A stretch of 63,221 bases of DNA, counting the filler, from Octopus bimaculoides (lineage: Eukaryota), in NCBI RefSeq assembly GCF_001194135.2. It is 5 parts of 5 records of this genome, joined end to end, with 100 filler letters (N's around TTAATTAATTAA, not from the genome) between each part and the next. Parts side by side here need not be neighbours in the genome. Positions count along the whole stretch, not along the records: positions 12,402 to 38,636 come from NC_068983.1; 4 more parts are not named here. One strand, given 5' to 3'. A program made the position numbers and the translations under genes. This document shows positions 12,402 to 24,169 of this stretch, piece after piece. Under the pieces are notes generated by a model. It saw only the letters and a program-made list of their open reading frames with translations. It was not told where the DNA came from and did not search any database. Within the stretch, counting starts at the first letter, position 1, and the number at the start of each line of letters is the position of its first letter.

Positions 12402-12986
12402 TTATAAATGCCAAAACCTTCCCAGGCGAAGAATATACCCCACAACATAGATTAGTAGTTAGTGACTTCAGGATCAGGGCTAAGTGGTTGCCCAGAAGAC
12501 GACCAGCTTGGAGGAGAAGGGTCTGGAAGCTCAAAGATCCTGCAAATGGACAGAGATTTAGAGACTTATTACTCGAAGTCTTTGACGAAATAGAGGGGGA
12601 TGTAGGTTCACACAATGTAGAAGACAACTGGACGTTTCTACGGGACAACCTGCTGAGGGCCACTCACCAGATCTGTGGGTGGTGCAAAGTCCCCTCTTGA
12701 CCGAAAATAACATGGTGGTGGAACAATATTGTTAACAAGGCAATTATGGAAAAGAAACAGGACTGGAAGGACGCTGGTAGCAGGAAATTGTATCAGACTG
12801 CCAGAAGGGAAGCTAGGCGACAGGTTTATTTAGCCAGAGGGGAAGCAGATAAGAAAAAGTTTGCCAATGTTCTGTGCCGTGAGGACCAAAGACTTGAGGT
12901 ATTTTGTATTGCAAGACAGTGTGTGAGAGAGAACTGTGATGTTGTGGGAGAGAAATGTGTTCGCATGGATGATGGTACGCTTGCGC
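12402..12986 (+). mobile_element. RTE LINE internal ORF fragment between gaps
   Basis: Its ends match 27262-27308 and 27492-27600 of the large RTE copy (REDQRLEVF..ARQCVREN.DV.GEKCVRMDD). Confidence 0.9.
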
Positions 12987-13559
12987 NNNNNNNNNNNNNN
13001 NNNNNNNNNNNNNNNNNNNNNNNNNNNNNNNNNNNNNNNNNNNNNNNNNNNNNNNNNNNNNNNNNNNNNNNNNNNNNNNNNNNNNNCATCTATATATATA
13101 CATACATCTATATATATACATACATCTATATATATATACATACATCTATATATATAAATACATCTATATATATATACATACATCTAATTTCGTTTTTTAT
13201 ATTCCAAGACAGTAAATAAAATGAAAGAAAAATAAACTCTGATAAACAATGAAATATAAATATAAATTCCCAGTATCACAGAAAACAAAGAAAATTTCTT
13301 ATAAAACAATTTTTAGTTTACACACAGGTACTGTGTGTAAATCTTCAATGCCAAAGGCCAAACAAAGAATTTTTTTTTAAATGGTTGAAATGGTTACTGG
13401 TTTGATGGTTAACATATATATTTTATTTCTCTGACAAACCACATAACATACATGTTCTCATTGAAAACAGAAATGTGCATGCACGTATGTGTTTGTGTAT
13501 GAGTGTTTGTATATATTGTTTTTGTATATGTGTGCATAAAATTTTCTAGTAAGGAAAAC

Positions 13560-14440
13560 TAGGTCACCTAGGTAACAGAAGTTTATTTCCTGTACATTCT
13601 CAGTGCTCGTTGTACCTGCACATCTGCCACATACAAAAACTACTTTCTCTGTTAACCTTCCCGTGATACCATTGCACCTCATATGTTCATATCTTGCACT
13701 GGGTACACTATACTTTTTTTTATATACTTTTATACTACCTATACTTTTTTTTTATATACCAAGCAGGCCAATTTCCCTTGAAGAGATTAGTATTTCGTCT
13801 GCTTTCCTACTTACTAGTGCTTTGATCTTAGCTGAATTAACTCTAAAGCCCTTTGATTGTAATCCTTGCTTCTACACCTGAAATTTCTTCTCTAATTCTA
13901 GTTGAGATTCAGCTATAAGAACAATGTCATCAGCATTGAGGAGCTCCAAAACCAATGAGTTTTAAATTCATCTACTATGGTCTGGAGGACTATGATAAAT
14001 CAAGAATCAGTTCACCAAGAACCAATTGTTAATGAACTTGTACCTGCACACTAAATTCACTGCTATACTCATTGCCAATTTTCACCTTACTACAGCATCC
14101 ATGTACATGGCTTGTATGGCCCTAACTTACACCTGGCTTCTGCACTGACCACCAGATGAGGGAACAAGGGACCTACTAAAAGATTTCTCCATGTTGACAA
14201 AAGCTAAAATACAGAGGTTTATTATTATTTTATTTTATTTTTTTGTTTTTTTTGCTTCAGAAATTGTAGTTATTAGAATAAGAAATGGCTGGGTAAGGTT
14301 CAGAAAACTAATACATTTACTACTAACAAAGGGCCTCTCCCTCAGAGTGAAAGGCAGATTGTATGCTGTCTGTGTACAGAATGCTATTCTACATGGCAGC
14401 AAAATATGGTTGTGACTCCAGAGGATATGTGGGAGAGAGA
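13560..14440. mobile_element. Decayed RTE LINE RT region with internal inversion (13560-14220 minus; about 14252-14440 plus)
   Basis: Minus part: KPLY..MEK.F..LL.ADDIVLIAES..CGRCAG..FCYLGD. Plus part continues: IRIRNGWVRFRKL..KGLSLRVKGRLYAVCV. Confidence 0.8.
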
Positions 14441-14739
14441 GAGCTGTGTAAACTAACAAACCAAAAATGATTTTGACAAGACAAGCTTGACAAGTAATTA
14501 ATTATAATTAGAAGTCATCTAAAAATCCAAAATATGAAAAAAGAAATGCTATAAAATATATAAACTCGCCAGCATACGATAATGGCCATATATTGGTAAT
14601 AATGTTCATAGCTAATAAAACAATTGTGATTTTAGGTTTTTAATTGGTTATAACTATATATGACCTTAGTTTTAAGAAATAAAAAACTTCAGTTAAAAAT
14701 TGACTGTCCAATTTAATCTGAACATTAGAACCACCATAT

Positions 14740-14950
14740 ATCATCACTATCATCATCATTTAACATCTATTTTCCATGCTGGCATGAGCTAAATGGTTTT
14801 ACAGTATAAAGCTCCAGTGTTAGCTTTAGCATCGCTTCTACAGCTGAATGCCCTTCCTAATGTCCATCACTTTACAGAGTGTACTGGGTGTGTTTTTTTT
14901 TCTTTTTCATGCCACCAGCCCTACTGAAGTTACCAAGTAACTTGCAAAGC
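14740..14950 (-). mobile_element. Old RTE 3' tail fragment
   Basis: catcatcatttaacatctattttccatgctggcatg...ctacagctgaatgcccttcctaatg. Confidence 0.7.
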
Positions 14951-16808
14951 AGAAAAAGAACAAGGAAAAAGTAAAAGGAAAAAGCTCCTGCTACAAAGTG
15001 TGCGTGTGCATGGAGGAGTATTTAAGATAGGGAGATGGCTTTATGCCAAATGTTAAAAGACCAAAGTATGAGAGAGAAACAAGCATAACTGTTCTGCTAT
15101 AGAAAAGATACACAGCTACCACACTATATAGGGGTGGGTAGAAGTAGTTGGGAAGAAGATAAAAATGGTAGTGATGGAGTGCTAGAGCAAGCTCTAAAGG
15201 TACAAGAAGGTAAGCATAAGAGAAGATACAGACAGCTGATCAGGGGAGGGAGGAGAGAACAAGGATTTCCATAAGAGTGCTAGGAGAGAGTAATAGGTGG
15301 TTAGAAAGAGGGGTAGAGGTGAATTTAGTGATTGATGAACAAGAGTGGAGATACAGTTGATGGGAAATATCAGTATGGAGAATGAGTAGGATGAGATGGA
15401 TAGAAATGGCTCAGGAAGGTAGGGGACAATGTGCAAGGTAAAGGAGTGGGGAGAAAGAAGATGTATGGGTACTTGGGGGTGATTATTGTGAGTGATGTGT
15501 GATGGAGGATAAGAGCCAAGAATGAAAGTGGATATGTGAAGTGCTATATGGAGCATGGCAGAGGAGAGAGGTAACTGAAGGCACAGAAAGGAGGAGATGA
15601 TCAGTGAAAATAGATTGGGAAGAGGATTAAGGAATGGAAGTGGCTCCAAGAGGAAAGATGTAACTGGTAGTGCAAAGAAAGAAGGAGTAGTATATGCTGA
15701 TTCTGCCCTCAAATAACTTCAGCCACCTAGTAATGCCATAGATAGAAGAGTGATAGAGAGCAAGTGCGAAGGACATGAAATGTGGGGAATGCTTGACGAG
15801 CAGGATAGGTAGAATAAGGCCATCAAAATCTTTTGTGGCTTCCTTTTGAAGCCTCACTCTAATCTTCTTCATATACATGATTGGTGATACAGTGTTTGTT
15901 ATTATTAAGTACCTTGGGCTAGCTGTCTTTGATTAAGCTTTATGTGGCAAAGAGATAAACAAACACTTGGCATTAACCAAAGGATTCAGAAGGCTAGAAA
16001 TCCAAATAAAAGGCATCAACTGTGTTAGTTTGTTAAAACTCAGTATTTGGTCATCATTTAATTTTTAGCCATCATGTTTTTATTGTGTAACATGTCCTAA
16101 AATTTCAATTTTAAATAGCATAATCCTCATATAAAAGAAAGTAGAGATTTTGCTGTTGATTATTTGGTTACCACACTGAGCAGCTCAAATGACTACACAG
16201 AAATGCTTCTGAATTGGGACTTCTTTTTTAACAACAGTACACCAACAAGTGACACAACAAGCACTAAAAGATGGCAGATTATCACAAGTGCTGACATTAT
16301 CATTGTAGTAATTAATAATGATTCAAGTTTGCAGTTCTTACCTTTATTTTCATGTCAAAAATGTTTTATTTTATTTACGTTGCCAATATTCTAGGTGAGA
16401 ACACCACTACTCATATTTCTCAGCTTTCATGCATATTTAAGAAAGCATTGTTATAGATATCATTACCTTAACATGAAACAATGAATACTAATGAAAGCCA
16501 TAAATTTTTGTCAAACAGATCTTTATCACCAGCCTCTCAGAAGACCTACTACCCATTATTCAGTCAGGTAAGCAGAGACAATTAGAATTAACTACCTTGC
16601 CAATGAATACAATAAAGTACTTACAATGAAAGATATACTTGTACCCCCATGAGCTGGTAACCCAATACACTATCCACTCAGCCATTTTCCCTATACATAC
16701 AATACCTATTTATAGATCTAAAAACTGCCTCCTTCCCCACATACACAGAGGATATGTGCACTATAGTTTAATATATGCATTTACAAAGAAATTTTTTGCG
16801 GGGGAGGG

Positions 16809-16845
<37 letters not shown>

Positions 16846-16928
16846 TATCTACTGGGATATGAACATGAAATTATTGTATGATTTGTTTGAATATTCTCAC
16901 TTGCACATAAATAAAGAAGAATACATAC

Positions 16929-17046
16929 CATTTCTGCTGATATCAAGTTCCATAAGATTAACGAAATTAGAAACATCTGGAGGTAACCTCCCAATTTCAT
17001 TGTCACTTAAACTTAATTTCCGAAGCTGTAACAATCTAAAAAAACC
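16929..17046 (-). CDS. scrib: Scribble (LAP family LRR/PDZ polarity protein), internal coding exon equivalent to coding exon 2
   Basis: Minus strand reads ttttttctctcattgcag|GGT TTT TTT AGA...AGC AGA AAT G|gtatgt, a 118-nt exon from phase 0 to phase 1. It translates to [39 protein letters not shown], closely matching Scribble LRR1-2 as I recall it (fly [39 protein letters not shown]; human [39 protein letters not shown]). It is absent from the supplied ORF track. Confidence 0.93.
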
Positions 17047-17361
17047 CTGCAATGAGAGAAAAAAAGATAAAAAATATTTTTTAAAAAGATAACATTAGTA
17101 AGATATACAAAAGTAATGTTAATGAAGAACAGTTAGTTATAGGATTTCATAGGCTGAAAGAAAAAATAAAGATACATTTTGTTTAATAATTATTAATAAT
17201 AAAATATTACATGGCAGAATGTATAATATGGTCCCCTAAAAACAGATTAAACTTTTGATATCTCCAAAGTATATGACCTATAGGACACTACCAAACATTT
17301 AATTGCTTCAAGAGGGAGTCAGAGTTGATATGAGATACTAAAAATTACTGAGTACATTTAA

Positions 17362-17569
17362 CCCTTTAGCATTTAAACTGGTCATATCCAGCCCAAATAG
17401 TCTGCCTGTTTTATGTTCAACCTGACCAGATTCAACCTCTTACACCTATCCTTGTCTTTCTAAAAATAAACAATAACATCATCACAATCTTGACGGTATA
17501 AGATAATGCATGGTTAATTTAAAACAATGTGAATAAATAAGCATTACATTTGACAAAGTAATCTGAGGG
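17362..17569 (-). mobile_element. piggyBac-type MITE (family 1)
   Basis: TTAA|CCCTTTAGCATT...GAGGG|TTAA; homologous to 2147-2355. Confidence 0.8.
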
Positions 17570-18250
17570 TTAAAGAGTTAAAAGAATGTTTCAAAAATGC
17601 TCATTATAACCTCTTCCATATTTTGTGTATTCAGGGAGATAAAGAGAGGCTAAAACCAACAACTTGATAGAAGAGTGTTTTCATTTTTAATTGGATTCTC
17701 TTTACATTGTATCTGTTATAATCACCAATGTTAGCTTCATTCAGTCTTCTTACAAATCAGATAAGAAATAATATTAAAAAAAAAGTGAAGCTCATATTAC
17801 CTGATTACTATCATTAATTATATGTTATGATTACAGTGTAGTAAGATCTTGGGATATTTCAAAATTTTTAATTATTTCCAATGTATCATTCCTATTTTAA
17901 GAAAGTATTATATTATTTATAAGAAATTTGACTGCTACTTCCAGCAAATCAAATGACTAAGCAAGGGTGCAATTTGAAGCTGCAAGCTAACAGAATTTCT
18001 AAAAATCCTTTTCAGAAAAAAATGGTTTTAGCCTGAAATCAAAAACAGTAATTTAATTTGCACACCTGTGAACTTGTGAAATTTAAGTGTATCATTTTTC
18101 TCTCTCAGTACATATCAATGTACTGCACTTTCATGGACCTATGAAATTATTTCTAATGGAATTTACTTAAATATAAGGTTCTAAATAAAATAATCTAGAA
18201 CATCCACTACCTTTCAATACTTTCCTCAACACTACCTATCTCTAAAGTAC

Positions 18251-19290
18251 CGTATTTACATGTGTAACAGCATGATCATACTTCCTGGTCTTCCAAAACC
18301 ATGATGCACATTATACATGTCCTTGAGCAACAGGTACAAAAACCAAAATTTTAGTACAGTGAGTATAGTGTATTGCAACAGTTCTGAATATAAAGTCTTT
18401 TTTCTTCTGCTGACTACAGATTTCTTTTAGATACTAACAGTAGTAAGAATTTTTGTAAGAAGTTCTTTGTAACATTTCTTTATAATTGTGCATGGATGAA
18501 ACACCCAGTTTAACAACATCGGTTTATCTACCAAAATTCTAATTTACCAGTACAACTGAAACTATCAGATGTTGACACTGAGCATGGATTGCATTCAGTA
18601 TGGGATGTGAAACTACAATGCTATGCTGCAAGCACTCCTTTTATCCTTTCAACTGTCATTTATTAGTCATGCCAACGTGCATTGAGAGAAGGCAATGGTT
18701 TTGAATCATCACTCAAGGTTACAGTAGAACTAAATAAAGGATAATGAAGATGAAAATTATAGTTTTCATGCTGCCATGACTTTCTACCAGTGACAGTGTT
18801 AGTAACCATATTTGTGCATTTTAAGATGTATGGTTCAATACAAAAATACAGAAATCACTGCATGTGCTTATTTTTCTTTACAATTTATGTGTCACTTTTG
18901 TATACAGGTAATCACAGTATTATCTCCAGTTTGAATGCTTTGAGGCATCATTACTCTTATACAGTTGGAGAAAAGCTTTAAATATTAAAGAAAACAGGAA
19001 ATCACGAAGTAATCAGGCAATTTAGAATTAGTGGATCCTTTGTTTGTAATATAAACAAAAGGCAAAAATTAATCATTGCCTGGAGAAATTAAGACTATTC
19101 AGGAGGAAAAAACTGTAATTTTCTTGAGTTGGAAGCAGAACTGAAAACATATTTTTATAAATTTGAGAGAAAGTGATTGTGCTGCTCCAAGTGGCATGAT
19201 GTGTATTTGAGCTTTAAAACAGTAACAATTAATTCCTAATTCTCATATCAAGGAAAGCACTAAGACATTTTGTGAATAGCCATTTAATTT
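18251..19290 (+). mobile_element. pogo/Tigger-type DNA transposon fossil (5' part)
   Basis: TA|CCGTATTTAC TIR-like start. 18945-19230 encodes disrupted HTH domains (YSYTVGEKL..RQFRISGSFV..; FLELEAELK..LRESDCAAPSGMMCI) of BrkDBD/CENP-B type. Confidence 0.6.
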
Positions 19291-19393
19291 GTGTATGTAA
19301 TAGAACAACTGGCCTCAGTGTATGCAATAATTAATCACAACTTATTCAGTTTCAATGACTTGTATTATAATATTCTAACTTATAATATTCTGA

Positions 19394-19555
19394 GGCACAG
19401 GCATGGCTGTGTGGTAAGAAGCTTGCTTCCCAAGCACATGGTTCAGTGTTCAGTCCCACTGTGCAGTACCTTGGGCAAGTGTCTTCTACTATAGCCTCAG
19501 GCTGACCAAAGCCATGTGAGTGGATATGGTAGACGGAAACTGAAAGAAGCCTGTC

Positions 19556-19587
<32 letters not shown>

Positions 19588-19798
19588 ATATTTGTGTGTT
19601 TGTCCCCCCCACTATCACTTGACAACAGATGCTGATGTGTTTACGTCCCCATAACTTAGTGGTTCGGCAAAAGAGACTAATAGAAAAAGTACCACGCTTA
19701 CAAAGAATAAGTCCAGGGATCGAATTCTTCAACTAACAGGTGATGCTCCAGCATGGCCACAGTCAAAATGACTGAAACAAGTAAAAAGAATATAAGAA
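19394..19798 (+). mobile_element. SINE family A, full length, CpG-decayed
   Basis: Same organisation as 6614-7002. Confidence 0.9.
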
Positions 19799-20642
19799 TA
19801 CATAGCTAATCACAACCATAAATTGCTTCAGGCAAAATCAAGATGCCTGGCTATGTGATTATGTAGTTCACTTTCTTACCACATGGTCTTGAGTTCTCTC
19901 TCACTGTGCAACATCTTGGACAAGAGTCTTCCACCAAATTTTAATCCAACAACAAATCTGATTACACCTCAAATGATACTGTTGCTACCACAGAGTACCA
20001 AGCACAGCACACCAGTACACACATACTCACACACCAGTCCTAGATGTGCACACACCAGATGTACACACATGCACAAATACCAGAGTTATGCATATACACA
20101 CACACTAAATGTAAATATATACACACCCAATTATACAGGTATACAGGCACATACATACATCAGATACTGTCATACACACCTACATAGACCCATATACATA
20201 CCAGATGAGCTGATACCATCAACTCACATACATACAAACACACATATACAGATACACACTTAGACACCTATACAATAGGTACACCCACACATACATGCAC
20301 ACCAGAAAACTGGTGTTGCAAGTAACTCTCATTCCATTTCCCAGACAGAGAGGTGGCACTAAAATACAGTCCAAGCATGCAGTCCTAGAAATAGAGATTG
20401 GGATATGCACCTGATGTCGCTACCATATCAATATCAATACCAACACTGTGTGACATGCCTTGACAAATAACAGCCCAATCTTTAGTAGCCATCTTGAACT
20501 TGTTCCATTCTATTAACTATGCTTCATGAGATAGGTTTATTTAATGAGCCCATGAAACTAATATGCATGGAGCCAAATCAAACTATTATTAAATAATATA
20601 ACCCCTACCCATGCATTAGGTACCACTTTCATTTGTCTACTC

Positions 20643-20645
<3 letters not shown>

Positions 20646-20725
<80 letters not shown>

Positions 20726-20748
20726 ATGCGTGTGTGTGCGTGTGTGTG
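20646..20748. repeat. (TG)n microsatellite
   Basis: Long, near-pure TG run. Confidence 0.95.
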
Positions 20749-20849
20749 TACTACTTTATAACAGAGGAATTCAGATGTCATTTCATAGGAATTCAAGACT
20801 GGATGCCCATGAGAACTGCTTTATACTGATGATTTTGTTCTTATTGTAG

Positions 20850-21360
20850 AATCTGAAGCAGAAATGGAGAAGTTCCAAGTTTGGGAACAAAACCTGAAAT
20901 CAAAGGATCTTAAAGTGAAGTTAGCAAAGACTAAAGTTGTTGTTAACAAGAAAGCAGATAAAACATGGGCTTTGAATGCAGAGGACATGTAGACTGGAGA
21001 GGAATGAAGGTAGTATGCTCTGTTGGATTTGCAACATCAATGTGCATGACTGACAAAGCACAACTGTGTTGAGAGAAAGGATAGGTATAAGAGGGATTAA
21101 ATGTGGCATGAGGAAAGGAGAATGCATTGGTTTCATGTGATGCATGAGTAAAGACAGCTGTAAACAAAAGTGCTTGTCACTGAAAGTGGATGGTACCTGT
21201 GAAAGAGGGAGACCCAAGAAGACATAGGATGAAGTGGTGAGGACTGATCGTAGAATATTGGGCAATATGAGATTCTAGAGAAAACCTGCCTACATCAGCA
21301 AAACTGAGTGCTAGAAGTAGTGTGTCCCACCCACATGTAACAACAAACTTTTCGCACACC
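20850..21360 (+). mobile_element. Decayed RTE LINE RT / C-terminal fragment
   Basis: ESEAEMEKFQVWEQNLKSKDLKVKLAKTKVVV resembles ESLSEVEEKFQVWKQG of the large copy. Confidence 0.7.
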
Positions 21361-21802
21361 CTACCCCAAGAAACTGAACTACATCTCTTCTAAACTGCAT
21401 CTTTCTCTTCCTCACAATTCCTCTTCATAAACTATGATTGCCTTCCAATCCCCTTTCCTGCCCTCACTACCCTGGTCACTGTATCCCTGCTTTTCCCTTC
21501 CCCACCCCATTTTTCTACTCAGGTTTTCGCCTGTCACTACAATCCCCATTCCCTACTTGTGCCTTCTTGGTAATACCTGACCTTCATACTTCTCGTTTCC
21601 TTACTCTACCATCACATCTATGCTCTGATCCTTGTTACTTGTGAGTATACCCTGGCACTTCACCTTCTCTCTCCTGCTCTCTCTTACACTTTGGTTGTTT
21701 CCTATTCTCTCTCTCTCTCTTGCTCTTCCTTCTGGCTGGGTAGCCATGCATTTCCTCTACATCTGCACACCTATTTCTACCCTTATTCTTGATCACTCAC
21801 TC

Positions 21803-21869
<67 letters not shown>

Positions 21870-22224
21870 CTCTCTCTCTTTCTCTTTCCTTTTTTTGTTT
21901 TTCCTCTGACTAGGTAACCAAGTATCTTCTTTACATCAGCACACCTGTTTGTCCTTTTTCTTGTACCTCTCTCTCTATTTATCTATCTACCAATTTTCTC
22001 TCTCACTGGGTAACCATGTACCTCCTCTATAGCAAGACACCTATTCCTACCTCTCTATTTCTCTGTCACACTCTAACCGTTCATCATCTGATACCGGATC
22101 ACCTCCTCCAATGCCCCCTTCATTATAACAAGACACTTGTTTCTGCATTTCTTTCTCTCCATCACACTCTAACCATTTCCTTCCTAAAATGCCCCTGTCC
22201 CTCGCATAATTCCTTGTCTTGTGA

Positions 22225-22530
22225 GTTACTTAGCGACCCTGCCAGTGCTGGTGCCACGTAAAAAGTATTTAGTCCACACTGTAAAGTGGTTGGCATTTGG
22301 AAAGGCATCCAGTCATAAAAATCATGCCAAAACTAACCTTGCATGTGTTAGTGCCACATAAAAAGCACTGCAATCACTCTACTGAGTGGTTAGTGTTAGG
22401 AAGGGCATCCAGCCATAGAAACCTTGCCAAAACAGACACAGTAACCTAGGGTAGTTTTCTACATGGCTGGCTCCTGTCAACTGTCCTACCTATGCATGCA
22501 TGGAAGATGGATGTTAAACAATGACGATGA
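22225..22530 (+). mobile_element. RTE LINE 3' UTR fragment
   Basis: gccagtgctggtgccacgtaaaa repeats, aagggcatccag motif and gatgac tail. Confidence 0.8.
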
Positions 22531-22829
22531 CACACATACACACAATAATATATATAAATATATATACCCAAATGAAAACAAAGGGGATGAGGCTTAACAT
22601 CAATCTAGACTGCCTTTAAATGTCATATCATATCCCTTCAACAACACCTTTTAACCAAGTGCCAAAGTGCATCCCTTGACCAAGTTTGCATATATGAGGC
22701 AGATAACATCATGAGACTTGGAAAGCAGCTCCTTGAGCAACATTCCTTGTTTAATAAACTTAAATACATACCCAAAGAAGTTGCACAACTCTACCTCAAC
22801 ATATCATCAAATGAAAGGATAAACATATA

Positions 22830-23050
22830 TCTATTTCTTTATTGCCCGCAGGGGGCTAAACATAAAGACAAACAAGGACAGACAAAGAGGTTAAGTCGAT
22901 TACATCAATCCCAATGCGTAACTGGTACTTATTTAATCAACCCCCAAAAGGATAAGAGGCAAAGTTGACCTTGGCAGAATTTGAACACAACCTAATGGCA
23001 GACGAAATACCGCTAAGCACTTCGCCCAGCATGCTAACGATTCTGCTGCC
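22830..23050 (-). mobile_element. SINE family C
   Basis: Reverse complement of ggcagaatcgttagcacgccgggcgaaatgcttagcggtatttcg...taagtaccagttacgca. Confidence 0.85.
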
Positions 23051-23329
23051 CTCAAATACATATATCACCAGAAGACCATACATGGATATGTTAACAAGAA
23101 GCTAACAAAGCAGTTTATCATAAAGCATCTACTAGATTGCTAACTCCCACTTTGAAGGGTATGCATTTACAATCCAGGAACAGAAATTATCAACCTGATG
23201 CACAAAAGGGACACAGATGCAGGAAAAATACCAAAATGCAATAACTGATGCAGACTTTGTGGAATTAACACTGAAGATATCACCTACATCATAAGCAGTT
23301 GTCCCAAAATATCATTGCAGTATTATCTG

Positions 23330-23463
23330 GCATCCAGCTGTAGAAACTCTGCCAAATCAGATTGGAGCCTGGTGTTGCAATCCGGTTTCACCAGTCCTCA
23401 GTCAAATCGTCCAACCCATGCTAGCATGGAAAGCGGACGTTAAACGATGATGATGATGATGAT
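23330..23463 (+). mobile_element. RTE LINE 3' tail fragment
   Basis: gcatccagctgtagaaactctgcc...aaacgatgatgatg. Confidence 0.88.
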
Positions 23464-24169
23464 GAGAAATGATGATGTAGCCAAGACACTGTACAATGAG
23501 ATCTGTCAGAAGGATAATCCTGAGGCCATAGAAATAAGAATCCACACTATGGTAGAGGCCATTGCCACTCATAATAAGTACTGGTGAAATGTCCCAGCGA
23601 AAATCTGAATAAAATGTAAACAGAGTGATTTGGGTCAGAGAAGAGAAACTGTGCACAGTGCCCAGCAGATGTGAACATAAGGCTAAAGATCAGTGGAAAA
23701 AAAAATATCTACGCTAAACTATTGAGAAATCTGCAGCTACTCTACCCACATTACAAGTTCAGGTAATTATTCGGGTGCTGAGATATGTAAGAAATTAAAT
23801 TTTTCAAAACCAGAAAGGAGAAAACTGATTGAAAGACTACAGATCCAAGCCATCAATGGACTTGTAAAAATTTGTAAAACACATTTAAATATGTGTATGT
23901 CAAGACAGGCAACTATATGCATGAGAATACACACATGAAACAAAGCATACAAATTTGCACATGCACTAACTCCAAATACTGCACATATACACACATATAT
24001 ATGCAAAAATATCCTGTTGATGTTGAAATTCCAATGAAGGAGCCTTGGATCTAGGTTACAAACAGGTTCCTTCACTATTGACAGGAAATCTTGAAATAAA
24101 ACTGAATGACAGACAGACGCATGCAAACGCACACGCACACACACACACACACACACGCACACACACAAA

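Larger units (their letters stand above)
22560..24115 (+). mobile_element. R4/Dong-type (RLE) non-LTR retrotransposon 3' relic, interrupted by a SINE and an RTE tail
   Basis: CRLCGINTEDITYIISSCPK zinc knuckle (23237-23310). C-terminus (LIERLQIQAINGLVKICKT) and 3' UTR are shared with 52706-53060. Confidence 0.75.

Noticed and set aside
15194-15712. 172-aa Leu/Ser/Pro-rich minus ORF
   Set aside because: Purine/pyrimidine-skewed low-complexity DNA, no recognisable domain; similar to 21400-22200.
16520-16568. Plus-strand segment with cag acceptor and gtaagc donor
   Set aside because: No partner exons or homology on the plus strand; probably chance sites.
17717-17760. Possible minus-strand exon RLNEANIGDYNRYN
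   Set aside because: Its start phase is incompatible with the expected phase-0 scrib intron 1, the donor (gtaaag) is weak, and there is no homology.
18265-18310. Minus-strand mini-exon candidate (TCIMCIMVLEDQE)
   Set aside because: It falls within the pogo-like transposon 5' region and has no Scribble similarity.
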